A stretch of 64,000 nt of DNA from an uncultured Eubacteriales bacterium (GTDB taxonomy: Bacteria; Bacillota; Clostridia; Oscillospirales; CAG-272). Positions within the stretch are counted from its first letter, which is position 1. Every line of letters begins with the position of its first letter. Positions 11,523 through 22,800 of the stretch are shown in pieces. Both the position numbers and the translations under genes were made by a program. The stretch lies in contig CATYXQ010000005.1 in assembly GCA_958414825.1 (NCBI GenBank), positions 1,882-65,881 on the forward strand, written 5' to 3'. Under the pieces are notes generated by a model. That model did no database searches. It was not told where the DNA came from and saw only the letters and a program-made list of their open reading frames with translations.

Positions 11523-12127
11523 AAGCAAAAATCGCGGTCTTAGTCTCGGGCGGCGGTACCAATCTGCAGGCGCTGATCGACGCTCAAAAAAGCGGCGTTC
11601 TGAAAAGCGGCGTTATCGAACTGGTCATTTCCAATAAAGCGGACGCTTACGCGCTCACCCGCGCCAGCGCTGCGGGCATCAAAATCGCGGTCATCTCCAA
11701 AAAAGACTGCGGCGGCGCTGAAGATTTTGAAGAAAAGCTAATCGAGCTTTTACATGAACAAAATATCGACCTTGTTATACTGGCCGGTTTTATGTGCATT
11801 CTATCCGAGAAGTTTATCGGCGCATTCCGGGATCGAATCATCAACGTGCATCCGTCTTTGATCCCGTCTTTCTGTGGGAAGGGATATTACGGCCTCAAAG
11901 TACATGAGGCCGCGCTCGCATACGGCGTAAAAATCACGGGTGCAACCGTGCATTTTGTAAACGAAATTCCGGACGGCGGCAAAATCATTATGCAAAAAGC
12001 GGTATCCATCCGCAAATGCGATACGCCGGAAATTCTGCAGCAGCGCGTCATGCGCCAGGCGGAATGGGTCATTCTGCCCCGTGCGGCCGAGCGGGTCTGC
12101 GCGGATATCCTGAAAGAGAAAATTTGA
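11516..12127 (+). CDS. purN: phosphoribosylglycinamide formyltransferase
   Basis: The 203-aa ORF has [12 protein letters not shown] and INVHPSLIP motifs. It overlaps the purM end by 7 nt. Confidence 0.92.
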   Translation: MLKAKIAVLVSGGGTNLQALIDAQKSGVLKSGVIELVISNKADAYALTRASAAGIKIAVISKKDCGGAEDFEEKLIELLHEQNIDLVILAGFMCILSEKFIGAFRDRIINVHPSLIPSFCGKGYYGLKVHEAALAYGVKITGATVHFVNEIPDGGKIIMQKAVSIRKCDTPEILQQRVMRQAEWVILPRAAERVCADILKEKI

Positions 12128-12146
12128 CAAACAGCGGAGGAAGCTT

Positions 12147-13418
12147 ATGAACATACTGGTCGTAGGCGGAGGTGGACGTGAGCACGCCATTATCAAAAAG
12201 CTCAAAGAAAATCAAACTATAAACAAACTATACGCGCTTCCCGGAAACGGCGGTATTGCAGCCGACGCCGAATGCGTTTCAATTGATGCAAAGAACATTG
12301 ACGGGATTGTACGCTTTGCAACCGAGCACGCCATTGATTATGCGGTTATCGCGCCGGACGATCCGCTAGTGCTTGGCGCCGTCGATATGCTGGAACAGGC
12401 GGGTATTCCCTGCTTTGGTCCGACACGTGCGGCGGCGGCCATTGAGGGAAGCAAAATTTTTGCAAAAAATTTGATGAAAAAGTACCGTATCCCAACTGCG
12501 GCTTATGCAGTCTTTGACAAAATGGAGACGGCGCTCGCCTATCTGGAATCCGCGCCCCTGCCGACGGTAATCAAAGCCGACGGGCTTGCGCTCGGCAAAG
12601 GCGTTGTCATCGCCGAAACGAAAGAAGAAGCCATGACGACGGTACGTTCCATGATGGAGGACAAAGTTTTCGGGGAAAGCGGCAGTCGTATTGTTATTGA
12701 AGAATTTTTAAGCGGCCCCGAAGTATCGGTACTCGCTTTCACCGACGGAAAAATTGTCGTTCCGATGGTCTCCTCCATGGATCACAAGCGCGCGCTTGAC
12801 GGAGATTGCGGTCTGAACACCGGCGGTATGGGCACAATCGCTCCCAATCCTTTTTATACAAAAGAAATAGCCGCGCTCTGCATGGAAACAATCTTCAAGC
12901 CGACAATCGATGCCATGCGTGCAGAGGGACGCACTTTCCGCGGATGCCTTTATTTCGGCCTCATGCTGACCGCCGACGGTCCGAAAGTGATCGAATACAA
13001 CTGCCGCTTCGGCGATCCGGAAACGCAGGTCGTACTTCCGCTTTTAAAAAGCGATCTGCTTGAAATCATGCAGGCAACGACAAACGGCACGCTTTCGCCT
13101 GACATGGTCAAATTTTCCGACGGATGCGCCGCCTGCGTCATTATGGCCTCCGGAGGATATCCGAAAAGCTATCCAAGCGGCTACCCAATCGACATTCCCA
13201 CAGAGCTTTTGGATTCGGTGTATGTCGCGGGTGCAAAACTTGAGGACGGTACGCTGAAAACGTCCGGCGGACGCGTACTCGGCGTCTGTGCGACCGGTGA
13301 AACGCTGAAAGACGCGCTAAAAGCAGCCTATCAAAAAGTAGAGCGGATTCATTTCAAAGACGCCCACTATCGCCGGGACATCGGCGCAAGAGCGCTTGCA
13401 GCGTCGGAGGAGAACTGA
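12147..13418 (+). CDS. purD: phosphoribosylamine-glycine ligase
   Basis: The 423-aa ORF has ATP-grasp PurD sequence (MNILVVGGGGREHAI...). Confidence 0.94.
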   Translation: MNILVVGGGGREHAIIKKLKENQTINKLYALPGNGGIAADAECVSIDAKNIDGIVRFATEHAIDYAVIAPDDPLVLGAVDMLEQAGIPCFGPTRAAAAIEGSKIFAKNLMKKYRIPTAAYAVFDKMETALAYLESAPLPTVIKADGLALGKGVVIAETKEEAMTTVRSMMEDKVFGESGSRIVIEEFLSGPEVSVLAFTDGKIVVPMVSSMDHKRALDGDCGLNTGGMGTIAPNPFYTKEIAALCMETIFKPTIDAMRAEGRTFRGCLYFGLMLTADGPKVIEYNCRFGDPETQVVLPLLKSDLLEIMQATTNGTLSPDMVKFSDGCAACVIMASGGYPKSYPSGYPIDIPTELLDSVYVAGAKLEDGTLKTSGGRVLGVCATGETLKDALKAAYQKVERIHFKDAHYRRDIGARALAASEEN

Positions 13419-16400
13419 TGGTTTACAGAGTATTTGTAGAAAAAAAGAAAGAACTCGCCAATGAAGCGGCCGCGCTGTGCGCCGACGCACGCACATTGCT
13501 CGGCGTCTCAGCGCTCGAAGATGTGCGCATCTTCAACCGCTATGACGTGGAAAATATAGACGAAGCGCTGTTTGAATATGCAAAGCGCACCGTTTTTTCG
13601 GAGCCGCAGCTTGATCTTGTCAGCGATGAACCCGATCTCACGGGCGCTACTGCTTTTGCGGTAGAATATCTGCCCGGACAGTTTGACCAGCGCGCGGACA
13701 GCGCGGCGCAGTGCATTCAGATCATTTCATGCGGCGAGCGGCCGCTTGTGCGCACAGCAAAGCTTTATCTCTTATACGGCGCTCTGTCCGAAGCGGAAAT
13801 CGAGCGCATCAAAAAATATGTCATCAACCCGGTGGAAGCGCGTGAAGCTTCCTTAGCCTCCTTTGAAACGCTCCGAGCCGATTGGAAAATTCCGACCAAC
13901 GTCGAAACGCTCGACGGCTTCTGCAATATGGAAGAAAAGGCGCTTGCGCCCTTTATCCGAGAATACGGGCTTGCGATGGACGAAAACGACCTCGCATTCT
14001 GCCGAAACTACTTTAAAAATGAACGCCGCGATCCTACCATTACCGAACTTCGCATGATCGACACTTATTGGTCGGATCACTGCCGTCATACAACCTTTTT
14101 GACAACGCTCGATCATGTAACCTTTGAGGACAGGCTTCTTGAGGATACCTATAAACAGTATCTTCATGTGCGTGAAGAACTCGGACGCAAAAAACCGGTC
14201 TGCCTGATGGACATTGCGACCATTGCAGTTCGCCATCTGCGCGCAACCGGTATGCTGAACAAGCTCGATGAGTCCGATGAGATCAACGCCTGTACGGTAA
14301 AAATGACCGTCACAGTAGACGGAAAAGAAGAACCGTGGCTTCTTCTTTTCAAAAATGAAACGCACAATCATCCGACCGAGATTGAACCGTTCGGCGGCGC
14401 GGCGACCTGCATCGGCGGCGCAATCCGCGACCCGCTGTCCGGTCGTGCCTATGTGTACGGCGCAATGCGCGTCACCGGCGCGGCCAATCCGCTTCGTCCG
14501 GTAGAGGAAACGCTCCCCGGCAAGCTGCCTCAGCGTAAAATTGTCACGACAGCGGCGGCTGGCTATTCCTCCTACGGAAACCAGATCGGACTTGCAACCG
14601 GCATTGTCGATGAAATCTATCACGACGGCTACGCCGCAAAGCGTATGGAAATCGGTGCGGTCGTTGCCGCTGCGCCGGCCAAGAACGTTCGCCGGGAATA
14701 CCCTGCTCCGGGTGATCTTGTCGTTCTGCTCGGCGGCAGAACCGGCCGCGACGGCTGCGGCGGCGCAACCGGCTCTTCCAAGTCGCACAATCTGCACTCG
14801 CTTGAAAGCTGCGGCGCCGAAGTGCAAAAGGGCAACGCGCCCGAAGAACGCAAATTGCAGCGTCTGTTCCGAAACGGCGAAGCCTGCCGTATGATTAAGC
14901 GCTGCAACGATTTCGGCGCGGGCGGCGTTTCAGTTGCCGTCGGAGAACTGGCCGACGGCCTGGAAATCGACTTAAACAAAGTCACGAAAAAATATGAAGG
15001 ACTGGACGGCACCGAACTTGCAATCAGCGAATCGCAGGAGCGCATGGCTGTCGTAATCGCACCCGAAAACCGCGAGCGCTTTTTTGAAATTGCGGTTTCC
15101 GAAAATCTGGAAGCAACCGTTATTGCCGCCGTCAAGGCGGAACCCCGCCTGACCATGCACTGGAACGGGAAAACAATTGTAGATATTTCACGCGATTTTT
15201 TGAATTCCAACGGTGCAGAAAAACATATGGATGCGGTTGTCACAGCGCCCGAAGCCTTTGAAAAAACCATTCCCAAAGATTTCCGAACCGGAATTTGCGA
15301 TTTAGCGGAAGACCTCAATATCTGCTCGAAACGCGGACTTTCCGAGCGTTTTGACTCTACCATCGGCGCAGGTACGGTTCTGATGCCGCTTGGAGGCAAG
15401 TATCAGCAAACGCCGATCCAGGCCATGGTGCAAAAAATCTCGCTGGAGCGCGGAAATACGGACGACTGCTCGCTGATGGCTTATGGTTACAACCCGTTTA
15501 TTACCGAAAAAAGTCCCTATCACGGCGCTTATCTCGCCGTTGCGGAATCGGTTGCAAAACTGATCGCCTCCGGCGCGGCGTTCCGGGATGTATATCTCAC
15601 ATTCCAGGAATATTTTGAACGGCTCGGCCGCGACTCAAAACGCTGGGGCCGTCCCGCAGCCGCTCTGCTCGGCGCGTTCCGCGCGCAGATGGAACTCGGT
15701 ATCGGCGCAATCGGCGGCAAGGACTCCATGAGCGGTTCTTTTGAAAGCCTGGACGTTCCTCCTACCTTGGTTTCGTTTGCGGTAACCACCTCCAAAACCG
15801 GACATATTCTTTCGCCCGAATTCAAAGCTGCGGGACGCCGCGTCGTTCTGCTTGCGCCCGAATACGGCAGCGACGGTCTGCCCAAAGCAAAATCTCTAAT
15901 TGAACTCTTTGACAAGGTCACGGCGCTGATGCGCACAGGCAAGGTCTCTGCGGCGTGGACGCCCGGATACGGCGGCGTTGCCGAAGCGATTTTGAAAATG
16001 TGCTTCGGCAATATGCTTGGCTTCAAGTTTGAAGATGCGCTTTCGCTTGAACTGCTCTTCGGCTATCGCTACGGCGCATTTGTATTGGAGCTTACCGACA
16101 GCGACGAGATCGGAACGCTGATTGGTACCACGACGCAAAACGGAACCATCGTATACGGCGACGCCGAGCTTTCGCTTGAAAAGCTGCTCGGCACATATGA
16201 AAACAAGCTGGAAAGCGTGTTCCCATGCGGGCTTTCGGCAAAACCGGAAACGGTTCCGAACTTCGCGTTTGAAGCAGCCGCGGATCACCGTGCACCCGCG
16301 CTGAAAATTGCAAAGCCGCGCGTCATCATTCCGGTATTTCCCGGAACAAACTGCGAATTTGACTCGGCGCGCGCCATGCGGGAAGCGGGCGCCGACGCGG

Positions 16401-17113
16401 AAATCTTTGTCATCAACAACCTCACGTCAGACGGTATTTCGCGCAGCGTTGAAACTTTCGCGCAAAAGGTCGCGGATTCGCAGATCATTTTCATTCCCGG
16501 CGGATTTTCCGGCGGCGATGAGCCCGACGGTTCCGGCAAATTCATCACGGCATTCTTCCGCAGCGGCGCGGTTAAAGCTTCAGTCGAGGATCTGCTTGAG
16601 CGGCGCGACGGCCTCGTCTGCGGTATCTGCAACGGGTTCCAGGCGCTGATTAAGCTGGGACTTGTTCCGTTTGGAAAAATCGTAGACACCGATGAAAACT
16701 GCCCGACGCTGACCTACAACACCATCGGGCGCCACCAGTCGCGCATTGTGCGAACACGGATCGCCTCCAACATGTCGCCCTGGCTCAGCGAAACGCAGGT
16801 CGGCGATATCTATCTTGTTCCGATTTCCCACGGCGAGGGACGTTTCTTAGCAAGCGACGACGTCATTGCAAACCTCGCAAAGAACGGACAAATCGCAACG
16901 CAGTATGCCGATTTGGACGGACACGCAACCATGGACATCCGCTATAATCCCAACGGTTCCATAGCGGCTATTGAAGGCATTACCTCGCCGGACGGACGTG
17001 TATTCGGAAAAATGGGACATGCGGAACGCATCGGAAAAGATCTTTATAAAAATGTATACGGCGACTACGATATCAAAATGTTTAAATCGGCTGTAAAGTA
17101 CTTTAATTCATAA
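13418..17113 (+). CDS. purL: phosphoribosylformylglycinamidine synthase, single-chain large form
   Basis: The 1231-aa ORF combines a PurS-like N-terminus, the PurL core and a C-terminal glutamine amidotransferase (GICNGFQ). Its start overlaps the purD stop (ATGA). Confidence 0.93.
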   Translation: MVYRVFVEKKKELANEAAALCADARTLLGVSALEDVRIFNRYDVENIDEALFEYAKRTVFSEPQLDLVSDEPDLTGATAFAVEYLPGQFDQRADSAAQCIQIISCGERPLVRTAKLYLLYGALSEAEIERIKKYVINPVEAREASLASFETLRADWKIPTNVETLDGFCNMEEKALAPFIREYGLAMDENDLAFCRNYFKNERRDPTITELRMIDTYWSDHCRHTTFLTTLDHVTFEDRLLEDTYKQYLHVREELGRKKPVCLMDIATIAVRHLRATGMLNKLDESDEINACTVKMTVTVDGKEEPWLLLFKNETHNHPTEIEPFGGAATCIGGAIRDPLSGRAYVYGAMRVTGAANPLRPVEETLPGKLPQRKIVTTAAAGYSSYGNQIGLATGIVDEIYHDGYAAKRMEIGAVVAAAPAKNVRREYPAPGDLVVLLGGRTGRDGCGGATGSSKSHNLHSLESCGAEVQKGNAPEERKLQRLFRNGEACRMIKRCNDFGAGGVSVAVGELADGLEIDLNKVTKKYEGLDGTELAISESQERMAVVIAPENRERFFEIAVSENLEATVIAAVKAEPRLTMHWNGKTIVDISRDFLNSNGAEKHMDAVVTAPEAFEKTIPKDFRTGICDLAEDLNICSKRGLSERFDSTIGAGTVLMPLGGKYQQTPIQAMVQKISLERGNTDDCSLMAYGYNPFITEKSPYHGAYLAVAESVAKLIASGAAFRDVYLTFQEYFERLGRDSKRWGRPAAALLGAFRAQMELGIGAIGGKDSMSGSFESLDVPPTLVSFAVTTSKTGHILSPEFKAAGRRVVLLAPEYGSDGLPKAKSLIELFDKVTALMRTGKVSAAWTPGYGGVAEAILKMCFGNMLGFKFEDALSLELLFGYRYGAFVLELTDSDEIGTLIGTTTQNGTIVYGDAELSLEKLLGTYENKLESVFPCGLSAKPETVPNFAFEAAADHRAPALKIAKPRVIIPVFPGTNCEFDSARAMREAGADAEIFVINNLTSDGISRSVETFAQKVADSQIIFIPGGFSGGDEPDGSGKFITAFFRSGAVKASVEDLLERRDGLVCGICNGFQALIKLGLVPFGKIVDTDENCPTLTYNTIGRHQSRIVRTRIASNMSPWLSETQVGDIYLVPISHGEGRFLASDDVIANLAKNGQIATQYADLDGHATMDIRYNPNGSIAAIEGITSPDGRVFGKMGHAERIGKDLYKNVYGDYDIKMFKSAVKYFNS

Positions 17114-17137
17114 TCGTCTTTGAAAAAGGAGCGTACC

Positions 17138-18811
17138 ATGAAGTATCTTTCGGATATTGAAATCGCGCAGAACTGCCGGATGAAACCGATTTCCGAAATC
17201 ACCGCCGAAGCGGGTATTGCGGAAAAATATGTAGAACAGTACGGTCGGTATAAAGCAAAAATCGACCTTTCCCTGCTAAATGAAACCGACCGCGCAGACG
17301 GAAAACTGATCCTCGTCACCGCGATTACGCCTACGCCTGCGGGCGAGGGCAAAACGACGACGACCATCGGTCTTGCGGACGGACTGAAAAAAATCGGTAA
17401 GCGCGTGACCGTCGCGCTCCGCGAGCCCTCGCTCGGTCCTGTATTTGGTATCAAAGGCGGCGCGGCGGGCGGCGGATATGCGCAGGTCGTACCGATGGAG
17501 GACATTAATCTCCACTTTACCGGAGATTTTCACGCAATCGGCGCGGCAAACAATCTGCTTGCCGCCATGGTGGACAATCATATCCATCAGGGAAACGCGC
17601 TCGGCATTGACACGCGCAAGATCACATGGAAGCGCTGCGTTGATATGAACGACCGGCAGCTTCGCAACATTGTGGACGGTCTCGGCGGCCGTGTCAACGG
17701 CGTACCGCGCGAAGACGGCTTTGACATTACCGTCGCTTCTGAAATTATGGCTGTGCTCTGCCTTTCCTCCTCCATTGCCGATTTAAAGCAAAAACTTGCT
17801 CAAATCATTATCGGCTACACATCCGATGACAAGCCGATACGCTGCGGCGACCTGCACGCGGAGGGAGCCATGACCGCGCTTTTGCGGGACGCGCTCAAGC
17901 CGAACCTTGTGCAGACGCTTGAGGGGACGCCCGCGTTCGTACACGGCGGTCCCTTTGCCAATATTGCGCACGGCTGCAACTCCGTCATGGCAACGCGCAT
18001 GGCGATGAAGCTCGGCGATTACACCGTCACAGAGGCGGGATTTGGGGCGGATCTCGGCGCGGAGAAATTTTTGGACATCAAATGCCGCCTTGCAGGACTT
18101 GTCCCGTCCGCAGTCGTCATTGTTGCGACCATTCGTGCACTGAAAATGCACGGCGGCATGTCGAAAAGCGAACTCGGTAGCGAGAATCTCGAAGCGCTCA
18201 AGCGCGGTATGCCCAATCTGCTCCGCCATGTTTCCAATATTCAAAACGTCTATAAGCTGCCGCTTGTGGTCGCGCTCAACCGTTTCCCCACCGATACCGA
18301 TGCGGAAATTGCGCTGGTTTTGGAACAGTGCCGCGCCCTCGGCGTCAATGCGATTCTCTCTGACGTATGGGCCAAAGGCGGCGAGGGGGGGATCGATCTT
18401 GCGAACGAAGTGGTTCGCCTTTGCGAAATGCCAAACGATTTTTCATTTTCATACTCGCTTGACTGCTCCATTGAGGAAAAAATTGAAGCGGTCGTCAGAC
18501 GCATATACGGCGGCACGGGTATCTCCGTAGCGCCCGCCGCAAAAAAGCAAATTGATATGCTCACCGAACTCGGATACGGCAATCTGCCTATTTGCATTGC
18601 CAAAACGCAGTACAGCTTCTCGGATGATCCCAAATTGCTCGGTGCGCCGGAAAACTTCACGGTCAGCGTGAAAAATGTAAAAATCTCCGCAGGCGCTGGC
18701 TTTATCGTTGTTCTGACCGGCGATATTATGACCATGCCCGGACTTCCGCGCGTACCCGCCGCAGAGAAGATTGATATAGATGAAAACGGAAAAATCTGCG
18801 GACTGTTTTAA
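17138..18811 (+). CDS. fhs: formate-tetrahydrofolate ligase
   Basis: The ATG at 17138 follows AAAGGAG. The sequence [11 protein letters not shown] ... [16 protein letters not shown] is canonical FTHFS. Confidence 0.94.
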   Translation: MKYLSDIEIAQNCRMKPISEITAEAGIAEKYVEQYGRYKAKIDLSLLNETDRADGKLILVTAITPTPAGEGKTTTTIGLADGLKKIGKRVTVALREPSLGPVFGIKGGAAGGGYAQVVPMEDINLHFTGDFHAIGAANNLLAAMVDNHIHQGNALGIDTRKITWKRCVDMNDRQLRNIVDGLGGRVNGVPREDGFDITVASEIMAVLCLSSSIADLKQKLAQIIIGYTSDDKPIRCGDLHAEGAMTALLRDALKPNLVQTLEGTPAFVHGGPFANIAHGCNSVMATRMAMKLGDYTVTEAGFGADLGAEKFLDIKCRLAGLVPSAVVIVATIRALKMHGGMSKSELGSENLEALKRGMPNLLRHVSNIQNVYKLPLVVALNRFPTDTDAEIALVLEQCRALGVNAILSDVWAKGGEGGIDLANEVVRLCEMPNDFSFSYSLDCSIEEKIEAVVRRIYGGTGISVAPAAKKQIDMLTELGYGNLPICIAKTQYSFSDDPKLLGAPENFTVSVKNVKISAGAGFIVVLTGDIMTMPGLPRVPAAEKIDIDENGKICGLF

Positions 18812-18825
18812 CAAAAAATAAATAA

Positions 18826-18858
18826 GAACAGGGGAACGCAAAATGCGTTTCCCTGTTC
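18826..18858 (+). terminator. stem-loop terminator after fhs
   Basis: The hairpin is GAACAGGGGAACGCA-AAA-TGCGTTTCCCTGTTC, 15 nt after the fhs stop. The T-tail is weak. Confidence 0.6.
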
Positions 18859-19118
18859 TGCATCTTAGAGCATATAGATTCTCCATCCCCTAAAAGCGCA
18901 TCCAAACAATAAAGAAACGCGGAGTCAATCTCAAAAGAAGAAATGCTGCAAATGTCAGACAAACCCAATTTTACTATTTTCTATAAACTTTGGGGTTCAC
19001 TTTAAAATAGGGGGGAATTTTTTCTTAGCGAAACTGAAATCCGATAGCTATATGACATTGACGATTACATGCGTCTTTTTTGCATTTCTGCTACCCGTTA
19101 TATAATTTCAGTTATATT

Positions 19119-19601
19119 TTATTCAAAAATCTGTCTGGCGCGTTTATTGAGTGCAAACAGCAAAAGCATACCGAGGCCGTATACGGAAATCACCTCGCCC
19201 GCGCCCACCGTAACCATTAAATACCACCATGCATCGGACATGCCGTAAGCAAATCGAAGCACAAAGGGCACAATCAGCATATTTGCAAGCACAGTAGGCA
19301 GGGGAACCAACCATTTATACCGCCGCAAACCGTATGCCAAAAATGCGCCGATCAGCGTGGCCAAGCTGCCAAAAATCACATCCCAAAGCGCCGCGCCGGT
19401 CAAAAAATTGGCCAGAATACAGCCGATAAACACGCCCGGAATCGCGGCAGGCGTAAAATAGGGCAATATGCACAGCGCCTCTGAAAAGCGCACCTGCACA
19501 GCGCCGCTTGAAAGTCCCATCAACGCGGCAAGACAGGTAAGTACGACATAGAGCGCGGCAATCACCGCCCCCTGACAGAGAAATTTGCTTTTTTGTTTCA
19601 T
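19119..19601 (-). CDS. queT: queuosine-precursor transporter QueT (ECF S-component type)
   Basis: The internal ATG at 19601 (MKQKSKFLCQGAVIAALYVVL...) gives a 160-aa multi-TM protein with the QueT-like YFTPAAIPGVFIGCILANF segment. A preQ1 riboswitch lies directly upstream. Confidence 0.8.
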   Translation of the reverse strand: MKQKSKFLCQGAVIAALYVVLTCLAALMGLSSGAVQVRFSEALCILPYFTPAAIPGVFIGCILANFLTGAALWDVIFGSLATLIGAFLAYGLRRYKWLVPLPTVLANMLIVPFVLRFAYGMSDAWWYLMVTVGAGEVISVYGLGMLLLFALNKRARQIFE

Positions 19602-19608
19602 TTTCTTA

Positions 19609-19650
19609 TCTCCTAGTTTTGTTTTATGTGAGGAGGATTTCGAACTCACA
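19609..19650 (-). promoter_or_regulatory. preQ1-I riboswitch
   Basis: The minus strand reads TGTGAGTTCGAAATCCTCCTCACATAAAACAAAACTAGGAG. P1 is GTGAG/CTCAC. The A-rich tail ends in ACUAGGAG, which contains the SD and can pair with the loop CCUCC (H-type pseudoknot). Confidence 0.8.
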
Positions 19651-19656
19651 AAAATT

Positions 19657-19685
19657 ATTTTACCATATTTACCGCACAATTACAA
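19657..19685 (-). promoter_or_regulatory. promoter of the preQ1-queT unit
   Basis: The minus strand reads TTGTAA, a 17-nt spacer, then TGgTAAAAT (extended -10). It ends about 7 nt before the riboswitch P1. Confidence 0.5.
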
Positions 19686-19774
19686 GGCTTTTCAGGGTTG
19701 ATCTTCGAGAAATATCTCATTTTTATTCTGATTGTAAACAACAACTTTTTTTTTGAAAGAGTTAAAATTTTGCA

Positions 19775-19803
19775 TTGTCCAATTTTCAGCAATATGGTAT
19801 AAT
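19775..19803 (+). promoter_or_regulatory. candidate promoter of the first GH43 surface-protein gene
   Basis: TTGTCC, a 17-nt spacer, then TGgTATAAT (extended -10), about 40 nt upstream of the ATG at 19844. Confidence 0.4.
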
Positions 19804-19843
19804 TTAAGTAAGAAAAAAGGATTTAAATAAAGCGAGGTAAACA

Positions 19844-22800
19844 ATGAAAAAATTTTTAGCATTACTGTTTGCGTTGATATTGGTATGTTTTTTCACCTCC
19901 TGCGGTGAAAAAACACCCGTCCCCTCCTCCGATATTGGTTCTGCCGATGGAACTGAACCGAACCAAACGGAACAAACCGAACCGCCTGTTCATACGGAAA
20001 TAATCTATGTGCACTCTGGCATCGGAAGCGATGAAGCTGCGGGGAATAATCCGGACGCGCCGCTGAAAACCCTTCCGTGCGCAATTCAGAAATTAAAAGA
20101 AATCGGCGGACAAATCGTGATTATGGACGCCTATACGATTTCCTCCGAACTTACCGAACCGATACATACCGCACCGATTACAATTACCACAAACGACGGC
20201 AACACCGACTATGGAAAAGACGGAGCCATGCTGGCATTCGGCAATGCGCTTCGCTACCAGATCGGCGGAGACACGACCTTTGAGAATATTCAAATCAACT
20301 TTGCAGGCACGCTCAACTTTGTGGCAAACTATAACTATGTTACTTTTGGCCAAAACGTCATAACCAAAAATACAAGCGCCGGAAACGGAATCTATGTTAT
20401 CGGCGGTTATCAAAGTCCGAACAACGATGTAGATGTGTCCAGAAATTCCCACATTACAATTCAGAGCGGAACATTTTATGCCGTCGCCGGCGGTACAAGA
20501 CAAGTCGCCTCCGGCGCGAAGAATATGACCTTTACCGGAACGCACTACATTGATATTTCCGGCGGCACCGTCTCTAAAGTATACGGCGGATCGCTGGAAA
20601 GACAGTATTCCAACAACGCCAACATTACCGTCAGCGGCGGTACGGTCAAGCAATTGTTTACAGGCGGTGACGCCACCCGCCGACTCAACGGCAATGCAAC
20701 CGTTACGCTTTCCGGCGGTACCGTCGATCAGTTAAACATCAACAACGTTGTCGGCGCAGCGAATGTACATCTGACAGGAACAAACGTCAAAAGCGTTTCT
20801 GTCTCCTACGCCAACACGGAAATTACCGAACTTGCAAAAAAATCGGGCGCTATAAAAACCCTTCATTACAATGCGCTTTTCTATGAGCCGACCTTTATCG
20901 AATCAATCGGCGCAAAATTTGACGCGACAACGAATATTACCAAAATTTATGCGAAAGAGGGCGCTAACGGCACCGGCGCTTCTGAAACCGATCCTGCTTC
21001 TTTTTCCGATGCGTTTGCCAAAGCAGCGAAAATGGGCGGTGAAATCGCAGTCATCGACTCCATCGAAATTAAAAACTTTACAGAACCTGCGCACAGCGAT
21101 AAAATTCTGATTAAAGGCGCTGCCAAAGACAGTTCGCTTCTGATCAGCGGCGTCTATACCCTGGGCGGTGAAACCGCTTTTGAAAAAATCACACTGGACG
21201 CGGATAAATCCACACTGAACGCCGAAAGCGGCACTTTAACAATCAAAGACAGCGTTACCATGTCCGGCAAAGCGGATGTAAACGGTTCCGCCGTACTGCA
21301 AAGCGGTACTTTCGGCGTCGTAAACGGCGGCAATTCCGATGCGGTTATCGTCATAAACGGCGCAAATGCAGACACGGTAATCGGCGGAACGGCGTCGGCC
21401 GATATTGAAATCACTGACGGCTCGATCGGTACGCTGAAAACCACGGAGGACGCCATTCGGCGCTTCCGTCTGAATATCAGCGGAGGCAATATACAGAAAC
21501 TTGAATTCAACAATGTAAGCGAAAAACTGGAAATCATCCTGTACGGTGGCAAAATCGCTTCTTATGCTGTAAACGGCAATAATGTACAGGGTACGGCCAA
21601 ATTGAACGAAGCATTTTACAAACTGACCGACCTAGGCGCTGCGGCTTCCCTGTTCACTGTGGACAATGAACAGGTCGTCTACCTCATGAACGGCGGTACG
21701 GGCAACGGAACGGCGCCCACCATGCCGTTTGGCAATCTGAAAGACGCATATGCCGCACTCCCGAACGGCGGCGTAATCGTCATCTGCGGTCCGTATACCC
21801 TCGACAGCGTACAGAACAATTTGAAGAATACATCCAAGATCACCATTACCTCCGTATATGGCGATACGGACTATGCAAAAACAAACAGCGCGAATTTCCA
21901 ATTCGGCGCGGATTTCTACTGCGGCGGTGAAACCGAATTTCGCGACATCACGCTGATTTGTGCGAAACGCTACTGTTCGCTGTACGCAAACGGAAACAAA
22001 CTCACGCTTGGCGACAACATCATAAGCGAGCAGCACAGCAGCGTAAATACCTATCTTTCCGTAATGGGCGGAGGTACGCAGGGACTTTCCTCCACGAATC
22101 TGACCATCAACAGCGGTAAATGGCAAAGAGTACGCGGCGGCAACGCCAAAGACGCGGCGAATATGACCGTAAACCTCACCGTAAACGGCGGCGAATTTGT
22201 CGAACCGGTAACGCTTGGAAGCGGCGCTGCGCACAGCGGCGATATTCGCGCGGAAATTAACGGCGGCATCTTCTACCAGGGGATTTTCGCATCTACACTG
22301 GAAGCAACCAATCTTTCGGTGAATTCAAATGTTACACTTACGATAAACGGCGGCACTGTTTACGGCACCGTTGCCCCGGCTCGCAAAAAACTTGGCACCT
22401 ATACTGGCAGCTATACCGTCTATATCAACGGCGGCGAATTTGCCCATCTCACTGACCTTACGGGCACAGACGGTATGACCGGAACCATGACAAGTTCTCT
22501 GCATGTCGGAGTCGGCGTTGACATCAATGCAAAAGAAACCGGCGCTATGTCCTTTACCAATCCGATCCGTTCAAATGGCGCCGATCCATGGCTCTTTTAC
22601 CATGACGGCAACTATTATTACATTGCAACGGCCGGCTCACAGCTGACGCTGTACAAAGCGGCCAACATCGGCGATCTTCCCCACGCAGCCGGACAAATGA
22701 TTTATAAACCCGAAGCCGGGAAACCATGGTCTAAGAACCTCTGGTCCCCTGAGATCCATTATTTCGGGCCTGAAGATTTCGGCGAGGAATACGCCGGTTG

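Noticed and set aside
18859-19118. A possible small RNA or regulatory element in the 260-nt gap between fhs and queT.
   Set aside because: It is AT-rich spacer with no convincing promoter-plus-terminator pair, no conserved motif I recognise and no ORF with an RBS. It is treated as plain intergenic DNA between convergent units.
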